DNA of 64,000 nucleotides from Eledone cirrhosa (taxonomy: Eukaryota): assembly GCA_964016885.1 (NCBI GenBank), contig OZ024743.1, positions 137,206,001-137,270,000 of the forward strand. The letters run 5' to 3'. The notes beneath the pieces were generated by a model. The model saw only the letters and a program-made list of their open reading frames with translations. It made no database searches and was not told the DNA's origin. This document shows, piece by piece, positions 32,989 through 47,900 of the stretch (its first letter is position 1; each line of letters opens with the position of its first letter). Both the position numbers and the translations under genes were made by a program.

Positions 32989-35900
32989 GCACCAAGCACC
33001 AAGCACCAACCACCAAACACCAAATCCCAAGCACCAAGCACCAAGCACCAAACACCAAACACCAAGCACCAAACACCAAACACCAAGCACCAAGCACCAA
33101 ACACCAAACAACAAGCACCAGGCACCAAGCACCAAACACCAAACACCAAGCAAACAGCATCAAAGACCAAGCACCAAGCACCAAACACCAAACACCAAGC
33201 ACCAAACACCAGCCCCCAAGCACCAATCACCAAACACCAAACACCAAGCACTAAGCACCAAACACCAAACAACAAGCAGCAGGCACCAAACACCAAGCAC
33301 CAAACACCAAGCACCAAGAACCAAGCAGCAAACACCAAGCACCAGGCACCAAGCACCAAACACCAAGCACCATGCACCAAGCACCAAGCCCCAAACACTT
33401 AACACCAAGCACCAAGCACCAAGCACCAAACTCCAATCACCAAAAACCAAACACCAAGCACCAAGTACCAAACACCAAGCACCAAGCACCAAACACCAAG
33501 CACCAAGCACCAATCACCAAATACCAAGAACCAAGCACCAAACCCCAAGCACCAAGCACCAAGCACCAAACACCAAACACCAAGCACCAAACACCAAACA
33601 CCAAGCACCAAGCACCAAACACCAAACAACAAGCACCAGGCACCAAGCACCAAACACCAAACACCAAGCAAACAGCATCAAAGACCAAGCACCAAGCACC
33701 AAACACCAAACACCAAGCACCAAACACCAGCCCCCAAGCACCAATCACCAAACACCAAACACCAAGCACTAAGCACCAAACACCAAACAACAAGCAGCAG
33801 GCACCAAGCACCAAGCAGCAAGCACTAAACACCAAGCACCAAGCACCAAGCACCAAGCACCAAGCACCAAACACCAAGCACCAAGCACCAAACAGCAAGC
33901 ACCAAACACCAAGCACCAAACACCAAGCACCAAACACCAAACACATAGCACCAAGCACCAAACACCAAACACCATGCACCAAGCACCAAACACCAAGCAC
34001 CAAGCACCAAGCCCCTAGCACCAAACACAAAACACCAAGCAAAAAGCACAAAAAACCAAGCACCAATCACCAAACACCAAACACCAAGCAGCAAGCAGCA
34101 AGCACCAAACACCAAACACCAAGCACCAAGCACCAAATACCAAACACCAAGCACCAAGGACCAAACATCAAACACCAAGCACCAAGCACCAAACGCCTAA
34201 CACCAAGCACCAAGCACCAAGCACCAAGCACCAAGCACCAAACACCAAGCACCAATCACCAAACACCAAGCACCAAGCACCAAACACCAAGCACCAGGCA
34301 CCAAGCACCAAAAACCAAGCACCAAGCACCAAACACCAAGCACCAAACACAAAGCACCAAGCACCAAACACCAAACCCCAAGCACCAAACACCAAACCTC
34401 AAGCACCAAGCACCAAACACTAATCACCAAGCACCAAGCACCAAACAACAAGCACAAAGCACCAAGCACCAGGCACCAAGCACCAAGCACCAAACACTAA
34501 TCACCAAGCACCAAGCACCAAGCACCACACAATAAGCACCAAGCACCAAACACCAAGCACCAAGCACCAAACACCAACCACCCAGCACCAAGCACCAAAC
34601 ACCAAGCACCAAACACCAAACACCAAACACCAACCACCAAGCACTAAGCACCAAACACCAAGCACCAAGCACTAAGCACCAAACACCAAGCCCCAAGGAC
34701 CAAGCACCAAATACCAAACACCAAGTACCAAGCACCAAACACCAAGCACCAAGCACCAAGCACCTAGCACCAAACACCAAACACCAAGCACCAAGCACCA
34801 AACACCAAGCACCAATCACCAAGCACCAAACACCAAGCAGCAAGCAGCAAGCACCAAACACCAAACACCAAGAACCAAGCACCGAGCACCAAGCACCGAA
34901 CACCAAGCACATTACACAAAGCACCAAACACCAAGCACCAAGTACCAAACACCAAGCACCAAACACCAAGCACCAAGAACCAAGCAGCAAACACCAAGCA
35001 CCAGGCACCAAGCACCAAACACCAAGCACCATGCACCAAGCACCAAGCCCCAAACACTTAACACCAAGCACCAAGCACCAAGCACCAAACTCCAATCACC
35101 AAAAACCAAACACCAAGCACCAAGCACCAAACACCAAGCACCAAGCACCAATCACCAAATACCAAGAACCAAGCACCAAACACCAAGCACCAAGCACCAA
35201 GCACCAGGCACCAAGCACCAAGCACCAAACACAAAACACCAAGCACCAAGCACCAAGCAGCAAACACCAAGCATCAAACACCAAACACCAAACACCAAGC
35301 ACCAAACACCAAGCACCAAGCACCAAACACCAAACACCAAGCACCAAGCACCAAGCACCAAACACCAAACACCAAGCACCAAACATCAGATACCAAGCAC
35401 CAAGCACCAAACACCAAACACCAAGCATCAAGCACCAAACACCAAACAACAAGCACCAGGCACCAAGCACCAAACACCAAACACCAAGCACCAAGCACCA
35501 AACAACAAACACCAAGCATGCAGCATCAAACACCAAGCACCAAGCACCAAGCACCAAACACCAAGCACCAAGCACCAAACGCCAACCACCAAACACAAAG
35601 CACCAAGCACCAAACACCAAGTACCAAGCACCAAACACCAAGCACCAAGCACAAACACCAAACCACAAGCACCAAACACCAAACCCCAAGCACCAAGCAC
35701 CAAACACTAATCACCAAGCACCAAGCACCAAACAACAAGCACCAAGCACCAAGCACCAGGCACCAAGCACCAAGCACCAAACACTAATCACCAAGCACCA
35801 AGCACCAAGCACCAAGCACCAAACACCAAGCAGCAAGCAGCAAGCACCAAACACCAAACACCAAGCACCAAGCACCAAACACCAAGCACCAAGGACCAAA

Positions 35901-38200
35901 CATCAAACACCAAGCACCAAGCACCAAACACCTAACACCAAGCACCAAGCACCAAGCACCAAGCACCGAACACCAAGCACATAACACCAAGCACCAAACA
36001 CCAAGAAACAAGCACCAGACACGAAGCACCAGGCACCAAGCACCAAACACCAAGCACCATGCACCAAGCACCAAGCCCCAAACACTTAACACCAAGCACC
36101 AAGCACCAAACACCAATCACCAAAAACCAAACACCAAGCACCAAGTACCAAACACCAAGCACCAAGCACCAAACAACAAGCACCAAGCACCAATCACCAA
36201 ACACCAAGAACCAAGCACCAAACACCAAGCACCAAGCACCAAGCACCAGGCACCAAGCACCAAGCACCAAACACAAAACACCAAGCACCAAGCACCAAGC
36301 AGCAAACACCAAGCATCAAACACCAAACACCAAACACCAAGCACCAAACACCAAGCACCAAGCACGAAACACGAAACACCAAGCACCAAGCACCAAGCAC
36401 CAAACACCAAACACCAAGCACCAAACACCAGATACCAAGCACCAAGCACCAAACACCAAACACCAAGCACCAAGCACCAAACACCAAACAACAAGCACCA
36501 GGCACCAAGCACCAAACACCAAACACCAAGCACCAAGCACCAAACACCAAACACCAAGCACGCAGCATCAAACACCAAGCACCAAGCACCAAGCACCAAA
36601 CACCAAGCACCAAGCACTAAACACCAATCACCAAACACAAAGCACCAAGCACCAAACACCAAGCACCAAGCACCAAACACCAAGCACCAAGCACCAAACA
36701 CCAAACCACAAGCACCAAACACCAAACACCAAACCCCAAGCACCAAGCACCAAACACTAATCACCAAGCACCAAGCACCAAACAACAAGCACCAAGCACC
36801 AAGCACCAGGCACCAAGCACCAAGCACCAAACACTAATCACCAAGCACCAAGCACCAAGCACCAAACACCAAGCACCAAGCACCAAGCACCAAACACCAA
36901 GCACCAAGCACCAAACACCAAACACCAAGATCCAAAGACCGAGCACCAAGCACCAAGCACCAAGCACCAAACAATAAGCACCAAGCACCAAACACCAAGC
37001 ACCAAGCACCAAACACCAACCACCCAGCACCAAGCACCAAGCACCAAACACCAAGCACCAAACACCAAACACCAAGCACCAAGCACCAAGCACGAAGCAC
37101 CAAACACCAAGCACCAAGCACTAAGCACCAAACACCAAGCCCCAAGCACCAAGCACCAAACACCAAACACCAAGCACCAAGCACCAAACACCAAGCACCA
37201 AGCACCAAGCAAACAGCATCAAAGACCAAGCACCAAGCACCAAACACCAAACACCAAGCACCAAACACCAGCCCCCAAGCACCAATCACCAAACACCAAA
37301 CACCAAGCACTAAGCACCAAACACCAAACAACAAGCAGCAGGCACCAAGCACCAAGAAGCAAGCACTAAACACCAAGCACCAAGCACCAAGCACCAAGCA
37401 CCAAGCACCAAACACCAAGCACCAAGCACCAAACAGCAAGCACCAAACACCAAGCACCAAACACCAAGCACCAAACACCAAACACATAGCACCAAGCACC
37501 AAACACCAAACACCATGCACCAAGCACCAAACACCAAGCACCAAGCACCAAGCCCCTAGCACCAAACACAAAACACCAAGCAAAAAGCACAAAACACCAA
37601 GCACCAATCACCAAACACCAAACACCAAGCAGCAAGCAGCAAGCACCAAACACCAAACACCAAGCACCAAGCACCAAATACCAAACACCAAGCACCAAGG
37701 ACCAAACATCAAACACCAAGCACCAAGCACCAAACGCCTAACACCAAGCACCAAGCACCAAGCACCAAGCACCAAGCACCAAACACCAAGCACCAATCAC
37801 CAAACACCAAGCACCAAGCACCAAACACCAAGCACCAGGCACCAAGCACCAAAAACCAAGCACCAAGCACCAAACACCAAGCACCAAACACAAAGCACCA
37901 AGCACCAAACACCAAACCCCAAGCACCAAACACCAAACCTCAAGCACCAAGCACCAAACACTAATCACCAAGCACCAAGCACCAAACAACAAGCACAAAG
38001 CACCAAGCACCAGGCACCAAGCACCAAGCACCAAACACTAATCACCAAGCACCAAGCACCAAGCACCACACAATAAGCACCAAGCACCAAACACCAAGCA
38101 CCAAGCACCAAACACCAACCACCCAGCACCAAGCACCAAACACCAAGCACCAAACACCAAACACCAAACACCAACCACCAAGCACTAAGCACCAAACACC
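32860..38200. repeat. Long-range direct duplicate of ~22330-27690 (offset 10528, then 10507)
   Basis: ORFs 22436/32964, 22844/33372, 23896/34424 and 24503/35031 are offset 10528. ORFs 25552/36059, 26327/36834 and 27202/37709 are offset 10507, after a 21-bp (3-monomer) deletion near 35.1 kb. Confidence 0.88.
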
Positions 38201-40740
38201 AAGCACCAAGCACTAAGCACCAAACACCAAGCCCCAAGGACCAAGCACCAAATACCAAACACCAAGTACCAAGCACCAAACACCAAGCACCAAGCACCAA
38301 GCACCTAGCACCAAACACCAAACACCAAGCACCAAGCACCAAACACCAAGCACCAATCACCAAGCACCAAACACCAAGCAGCAAGCAGCAAGCACCAAAT
38401 ACCAAACACCAAGAACCAAGCACCGAGCACCAAGCACCGAACACCAAGCACATTACACAAAGCACCAAACACCAAGCACCAAGTACCAAACACCAAGCAC
38501 CAAACACCAAGCACCAAGAACCAAGCAGCAAACACCAAGCACCATGCACCAAGCACCAAGCCCCAAACACTTAACACCAAGCACCAAGCACCAAGCACCA
38601 AACTCCAATCACCAAAAACCAAACACCAAGCACCAAGTACCAAACACCAAGCACCAAGCACCAAACACCAAGCACCAAGCACCAATCACCAAATACCAAG
38701 AACCAAGCACCAAACACCAAGCACCAAGCACCAAGCACCAGGCACCAAGCACCAAGCACCAAACACAAAACACCAAGCACCAAGCACCAAGCAGCAAACA
38801 CCAAGCATCAAACACCAAACACCAAACACCTAGCACCAAACACTAAGCACCAAGCACCAAACACCAAACACCAAGCACCAAGCACCAAGCACCAAACACC
38901 AAACACCAAGCACCAAACATCAGATACCAAGCACCAAGCACCAAACACCAAACACCAAGCATCAAGCACCAAACACCAAACAACAAGCACCAGGCACCAA
39001 GCACCAAACACCAAACACCAAGCACCAAGCACCAAACAACAAACACCAAGCATGCAGCATCAAACACCAAGCACCAAGCACCAAGCACCAAACACCAAGC
39101 ACCAAGCACCAAACGCCAACCACCAAACACAAAGCACCAAGCACCAAACACCAAGAACCAAGCACCAAACACCAAGCACCAAGCACAAACACCAAACCAC
39201 AAGCACCAAACACCAAACCCCAAGCACCAAGCACCAAACACTAATCACCAAGCACCAAGCACCAAACAACAAGCACCAAGCACCAAGCACCAGGCACCAA
39301 GCACCAAGCACCAAACACTAATCACCAAGCACCAAGCACCAAGCACCAAGCACCAAACACCAAGCAGCAAGCAGCAAGCACCAAACACCAAACACCAAGC
39401 ACCAAGCACCAAACACCAAGCACCAAGGACCAAACATCAAACACCAAGCACCAAGCACCAAACACCTAACACCAAGCACCAAGCACCAAGCACCAAGCAC
39501 CGAACACCAAGCACATAACACCAAGCACCAAACACCAAGAAACAAGCACCAGACACGAAGCACCAGGCACCAAGCACCAAACACCAAGCACCATGCACCA
39601 AGCACCAAGCCCCAAACACTTAACACCAAGCACCAAGCACCAAACACCAATCACCAAAAACCAAACACCAAGCACCAAGTACCAAACACCAAGCACCAAG
39701 CACCAAACAACAAGCACCAAGCACCAATCACCAAACACCAAGAACCAAGCACCAAACACCAAGCACCAAGCACCAAGCACCAGGCACCAAGCACCAAGCA
39801 CCAAACACAAAACACCAAGCACCAAGCACCAAGCAGCAAACACCAAGCATCAAACACCAAACACCAAACACCAAGCACCAAACACCAAGCACCAAGCACG
39901 AAACACGAAACACCAAGCACCAAGCACCAAGCACCAAACACCAAACACCAAGCACCAAACACCAGATACCAAGCACCAAGCACCAAACACCAAACACCAA
40001 GCACCAAGCACCAAACACCAAACAACAAGCACCAGGCACCAAGCACCAAACACCAAACACCAAGCACCAAGCACCAAACACCAAACACCAAGCACGCAGC
40101 ATCAAACACCAAGCACCAAGCACCAAGGACCAAACACCAAGCACCAAGCACTAAACACCAATCACCAAACACAAAGCACCAAGCACCAAACACCAAGCAC
40201 CAAGCACCAAACACCAAGCACCAAGCACCAAACACCAAACCACAAGCACCAAACACCAAACACCAAACCCCAAGCACCAAGCACCAAACACTAATCACCA
40301 AGCACCAAGCACCAAACAACAAGCACCAAGCACCAAGCACCAAGCACCAAGCACCAAGCACCAAACACTAATCACCAAGCACCAAGCACCAAGCACCAAA
40401 CACCAAGCACCAAGCACCAAGCACCAAACACCAAGCACCAAGCACCAAACACCAAACACCAAGATCCAAAGACCGAGCACCAAGCACCAAGCACCAAGCA
40501 CCAAACAATAAGCACCAAGCACCAAACACCAAGCACCAAGCACCAAACACCAACCACCCAGCACCAAGCACCAAGCACCAAACACCAAGCACCAAACACC
40601 AAACACCAAGCACCAAGCACCAAGCACGAAGCACCAAACACCAAGCACCAAGCACTAAGCACCAAACACCAAGCCCCAAGCACCAAGCACCAAACACCAA
40701 ACACCAAGCACCAAGCACCAAACACCAAGCACCAAGCACC
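33670..40740. repeat. Tandem higher-order repeat, ~3.53-kb unit, 2 copies
   Basis: ORFs 33769/37310 are offset 3541. ORFs 35274/38808, 36059/39593 and 36761/40295 are offset 3534 (505x7-1). Confidence 0.85.
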
Positions 40741-41999
40741 AAGCACCTAGCACCAAACACCAAGCAGCAAGCAGCAAGCACCAAAGACCAAACACCAAGC
40801 ACCAAGCACCAAACACCAAACACCAAGGACCAAACATCAAACACCAAGCACCAAGCACCAAACACCTAACACCAAGCACCAAGCACCAAGCACCAAGCAC
40901 CAAGCACCGAACACCAAGCACCAAACACCAAGCACCAAACACCAAGCACCAAGCACCAAACACCAAGCACCAAACAACAAGCACCAAGCACCAAGCACCA
41001 AACACCAAGCACCAGGCACCAAGCACCAAACACCAAGCACCATGCACCAAGCACCAAGCCCCAAACACTTAACACCAAGCACCAAGCACGAAACACCAAG
41101 CACCAAAAACCAAACACCAAGCACCAACTACTAAACACCAAGCACCAAGCACCAAACACCAAGCACCAAGCACCAATCACCAAACACCAAGAACCAAGCA
41201 CCAAACACCAAGCACCAAGGACCAAGCAACAGGCATCAAGCACCAAGCACCAAACACAAAACACCAAGCACCAAGCACCAAGCAGCAAACACCAAGCATC
41301 AAACACCAAACACCAAACACCAAGCACCAAACACCAAGCACCAACCACCAAACACCAAATCCCAAGCACCAAGCACCAAGCACCAAACACCAAACACCAA
41401 GCACCAAACACCAAACACCAAGCACCAAGCACCAAACACCAAACAACAAGCACCAGGCACCAAGCACCAAACACCAAGCACCAAACACCAGCCCCCAAGC
41501 ACCAATCACCAAACACCAAACACCAAGCACTAAGCACCAAACACCAAACAACAAGCAGCAGGCACCAAACACCAAGCACCAAACACCAAGCACCAAGAAC
41601 CAAGCAGCAAACACCAAGCACCAGGCACCAAGCACCAAACACCAAGCACCATGCACCAAGCACCAAGCCCCAAACACTTAACACCAAGCACCAAGCACCA
41701 AGCACCAAACTCCAATCACCAAAAACCAAACACCAAGCACCAAGTACCAAACACCAAGCACCAAGCACCAAACACCAAGCACCAAGCACCAATCACCAAA
41801 TACCAAGAACCAAGCACCAAACACCAAGCACCAAGCACCAAGCACCAGGCACCAAGCACCAAGCACCAAACACAAAACACCAAGCACCAAGCACCAAGCA
41901 CCAAACACCAAGCATCAAACACCAAACACCAAACACCAAGCACCAAACACCAAGCACCAAGCACCAAACACCAAACACCAAGCACCAAACATCAGATAC

Positions 42000-44900
42000 C
42001 AAGCACCAAGCACCAAACACCAAACACCAAGCATCAAGCACCAAACACCAAACAACAAGCACCAGGCACCAAGCACCAAACACCAAACACCAAGCACCAA
42101 GCACCAAACAACAAACACCAAGCATGCAGCATCAAACACCAAGCACCAAGCACCAAGCACCAAACACCAAGCACCAAGCACCAAACACCAACCACCAAAC
42201 ACAAAGCACCAAGCACCAAACACCAAGTACCAAGCACCAAACACCAAGCACCAAGCACAAACACCAAACCACAAGCACCAAACACCAAACCCCAAGCACC
42301 AAGCACCAAACACTAATCACCAAGCACCAAGCACCAAACAACAAGCACCAAGCACCAAGCACCAGGCACCAAGCACCAAGCACCAAACACTAATCACCAA
42401 GCACCAAGCACCAAGCACCAAGCACCAAACACCAAGCAGCAAGCAGCAAGCACCAAACACCAAACACCAAGCACCAAGCACCAAACACCAAGCACCAAGG
42501 ACCAAACATCAAACACCAAGCACCAAGCACCAAACACCTAACACCAAGCACCAAGCACCAAGCACCAAGCACCGAACACCAAGCACATAACACCAAGCAC
42601 CAAACACCAAGAAACAAGCACCAAACACGAAGCACCAGGCACCAAGCACCAAACACCAAGCCCCATGCACCAAGCACCAAGCCCCAAACACTTAACACCA
42701 AGCACCAAGCACCAAACACCAATCACCAAAAACCAAACACCAAGCACCAAGTACCAAACACCAAGCACCAAGCACCAAACAACAAGCACCAAGCACCAAT
42801 CACCAAACACCAAGAACCAAGCACCAAACACCAAGCACCAAGCACCAAGCACCAGGAACCAAGCACCAAGCACCAAACACAAAACACCAAGCACCAAGCA
42901 CCAAGTAGCAAACACCAAGCATCAAACACCAAACACCAAACACCAAGCACCAAACACCAAGCACCAAGCACCAAACACGAAACACCAAGCACCAAGCACC
43001 AAGCACCAAACACCAAACACCAAGCACCAAACACCAGATACCAAGCACCAAGCATCAAACACCAAACACCAAGCACCAAGCACCAAACACCAAACAACAA
43101 GCACCAGGCACCAAGCACCAAACACCAAACACCAAACACCAAGCACCAAGCACCAAACACCAAACACCAAGCACGCAGCATCAAACACCAAGCACCAAGC
43201 ACCAAGCACCAAACACCAAGCACCAAGCACTAAACACCAATCACCAAACACAAAGCACCAAGCACCAAACACCAAGCACCAAGCACCAAACACCAAGCAC
43301 CAAGCACCAAACACCAAACCACAAGCACCAAACACCAAACACCAAACCCCAAGCACCAAGCACCAAACACTAATCACCAAGCACCAAGCACCAAACAACA
43401 AGCACCAAGCACCAAGCACCAGGCACCAAGCACCAAGCACCAAACACTAATCACCAAGCACCAAGCACCAAGCACCAAACACCAAGCACCAAGCACCAAG
43501 CACCAAACACCAAGCACCAAGCACCAAACACCAAACACCAAGATCCAAAGACCGAGCACCAAGCACCAAGCACCAAGCACCAAACAATAAGCACCAAGCA
43601 CCAAACACCAAGCACCAAGCACCAAACACCAACCACCCAGCACTAAGCACCAAGCACCAAACACCAAGCACCAAACACCAAACACCAAGCACCAAGCACC
43701 AAGCACGAAGCACCAAACACCAAGCACCAAGCACTAAGCACCAAACACCAAGCCCCAAGCACCAAGCACCAAACACCAAACACCAAGCACCAAGCACCAA
43801 ACACCAAGCACCAAGCACCAAGCACCTAGCACCAAACACCAAGCAGCAAGCAGCAAGCACCAAAGACCAAACACCAAGCACCAAGCACCAAACACCAAGC
43901 ACCAAGGACCAAACATCAAACACCAAGCACCAAGCACCAAAAACCTAACACCAAGCACCAAGCACCAAGCACCAAGCACCGAACACCAAGCACCAAACAC
44001 CAAGCACCAAACACCAAGCACCAAGCACCAAACACCAAGCACCAAACAACAAGCACCAAGCACCAAGCACCAAACACCAAGCACCAGGCACCAAGCACCA
44101 AACACCAAGCACCATGCACCAAGCACCAAGCCCCAAACACTTAACACCAAGCACCAAGCACGAAACACCAAGCACCAAAAACCAAACACCAAGCACCAAC
44201 TACTAAACACCAAGCACCAAGCACCAAACACCAAGCACCAAGCACCAATCACCAAACACCAAGAACCAAGCATCAAACACCAAGCACCAAGGACCAAGCA
44301 ACAGGCACCAAGCAGCAAGCACCAAACACAAAACACCAAGCACCAAGCACCAAGCAGCAAACACCAAGCATCAAACACCAAACACCAAACACCAAGCACC
44401 AAACACCAAGCACCAACCACCAAACACCAAATCCCAAGCACCAAGCACCAAGCACCAAACACCAAACACCAAGCACCAAACACCAAGCACCAAGCACCAA
44501 ACACCAAACAACAAGCACCAGGCACCAAGCACCAAACACCAAACACCAAGCAAACAGCATCAAAGACCAAGCACCAAGCACCAAACACCAAACACCAAGC
44601 ACCAAACACCAGCCCCCAAGCACCAATCACCAAACACCAAACACCAAGCACTAAGCACCAAACACCAAACAACAAGCAGCAGGCACCAAGCACCAAGCAC
44701 CAAGCACCAAACACCAAGCACCAAGCAGCAAGCACCAAACACCAAGCACCAAGCACCAAGCACCAAGCACCAAGCACCAAACACCAAGCACCAAGCACCA
44801 AACAGCAAGCACCAAACACCAAGCACCAAACACCAAGCACCAAACACCAAACACATAGCACCAAGCACCAAACGCCAAACACCAAGCACCAAGCACCAAA

Positions 44901-47900
44901 CAGCAAGCACCAAGCACCAAGCCCCTAGCACCAAACACCAAACACCAAGCAAAAAGCACAAAACACCAAGCACCAATCACCAAACACCAAACACCAAGCA
45001 GCAAGCAGCAAGCACCAAACACCAAACACCAACCACCAAGCACCAAATACCAAACACCAAGCACCAAGGACCAAACATCAAACACCAAGCACCAAGCACC
45101 AAACGCCTAACACCAAGCACCAAGCACCAAGCACCAAGCACCAAACACCAAACCACAAGCAACAAACACCAAACACCAAACCCCAAGCACCAAGCACCAA
45201 ACACTAATCACCAAGCACCAAGCACCAAACAACAAGCACCAAGCACCAAGCACCAGGCACCAAGCACCAAGCACCAAACACTAATCACCAAGCACCAAGC
45301 ACCAAGCACCAAACACCAAGCACCAAGCACCAAGCACCAAACACCAAGCACCAAGCACCAAACACCAAACACCAAGATCCAAAGACCGAGCACCAAGCAC
45401 CAAGCACCAAGCACCAAACAATAAGCACCAAGCACCAAACACCAAGCACCAAGCACCAAACACCAACCACCCAGCACCAAGCACCAAGCACCAAACACCA
45501 AGCACCAAACACCAAACACCAAGCACCAAGCACCAAGCACGAAGCACCAAACACCAAGCACCAAGCACTAAGCACCAAACACCAAGCCCCAAGCAGCAAG
45601 CACCAAACACCAAACACCAAGCACCAAGCACCAAACACCAAGCACCAAGCACCAAGCACCTAGCACCAAACACCAAGCAGCAATCAGCAAGCACCAAAGA
45701 CCAAACACCAAGCACCAAGCACCAAACACCAAGCACCAAGGACCAAACATCAAACACCAAGCACCAAGCACCAAACACCTAACACCAAGCACCAAGCACC
45801 AAGCACCAAGCACCGAACACCAAGCACCAAACACCAAGCACCAAACACCAAGCACCAAGCACCAAACACCAAGCACCAAACAACAAGCACCAAGCACCAA
45901 GCACCAAACACCAAGCACCAAGCACCAATCACCAAATACCAAGAACCAAGCACCAAACACCAAGCACCAAGCACCAAGCACCAGGCACCAAGCACCAAGC
46001 ACCAAACACAAAACACCAAGCACCAAGCACCAAGCAGCAAACACCAAGCATCAAACACCAAACACCAAACACCAAGCACCAAACACCAAGCACCAAGCAC
46101 CAAACACCAAACACCAAGCACCAAGCACCAAGCACCAAACACCAAACACCAAGCACCAAACATCAGATACCAAGCACCAAGCACCAAACACCAAACACCA
46201 AGCATCAAGCACCAAACACCAAACAACAAGCACCAGGCACCAAGCACCAAACACCAAACACCAAGCACCAAGCACCAAACAACAAACACCAAGCATGCAG
46301 CATCAAACACCAAGCACCAAGCACCAAGCACCAAACACCAAGCACCAAGCACCAAACACCAACCACCAAACACAAAGCACCAAGCACCAAACACCAAGTA
46401 CCAAGCACCAAACACCAAGCACCAAGCACAAACACCAAACCACAAGCACCAAACACCAAACCCCAAACACCAAGCACCAAACACTAATCACCAAGCACCA
46501 AGCACCAAACAACAAGCACCAAGCACCAAGCACCAGGCACCAAGCACCAAGCACCAAACACTAATCACCAAGCACCAAGCACCAAGCACCAAGCACCAAA
46601 CACCAAGCAGCAAGCAGCAAGCACCAAACACCAAACACCAAGCACCAAGCACCAAACACCAAGCACAAAGGACCAAACATCAAACACCAGGCACCAAGCA
46701 CCAAACACCTAACACCAAGCACCAAGCACCAAGCACCAAGCACCGAACACCAAGCACATAACACCAAGCACCAAACACCAAGAAACAAGCACCAAACACG
46801 AAGCACCAGGCACCAAGCACCAAACACCAAGCACCATGCACCAAGCACCAAGCCCCAAACACTTAACACCAAGCACCAAGCACCAAACACCAATCACCAA
46901 AAACCAAACACCAAGCACCAAGTACCAAACACCAAGCACCAAGCACCAAACAACAAGCACCAAGCACCAATCACCAAACACCAAGAACCAAGCACCAAAC
47001 ACCAAGCACCAAGCACCAAGCACCAGGAACCAAGCACCAAGCACCAAACACCAAACACCAAGCATCAAGCACCAAACACCAAACAACAAGCACCAGGCAC
47101 CAAGCACCAAACACCAAACACCAAGCACCAAGCACCAAACAACAAACACCAAGCATGCAGCATCAAACACCAAGCACCAAGCACCAAGCACCAAACACCA
47201 AGCACCAAGCACCAAACACCAACCACCAAACACAAAGCACCAAGCACCAAACACCAAGTACCAAACACCAAACACCAAGCACCAAGCACAAACACCAAAC
47301 CACCAGCACCAAACACCAAACCCCAAGCACCAAGCACCAAACACTAATCACCAAGCACCAAGCACCAAACAACAAGCACCAAGCACCAAGCACCAGGCAC
47401 CAAGCACCAAGCACCAAACACTAATCACCAAGCACCAAGCACCAAGCACCTAGCACCAAACACCAAGCAGCAAGCAGCAAGCACCAAACACCAAACACCA
47501 AGCACCAAGCACCAAACACCAAGCACCAAGGACCAAACATCAAACACCAAGCACCAAGCACCAAACACCTAACACCAAGCACCAAGCACCAAGCACCAAG
47601 CACCGAAAACCAAGCACATAACACCAAGCACCAAACACCAAGAAACAAGCACCAAACACGAAGCACCAGGCACCAAGCACCAAACACCAAGCCCCATGCA
47701 CCAAGCACCAAGCCCCAAACACTTAACACCAAGCACCAAGCACCAAACACCAATCACCAAAAACCAAACACCAAGCACCAAGTACCAAACACCAAGCACC
47801 AAGCACCAAACAACAAGCACCAAGCACCAATCACCAAACACCAAGCACCAAGCACCAAGCACCAGGAACCAAGCACCAAGCACCAAACACAAAACACCAA

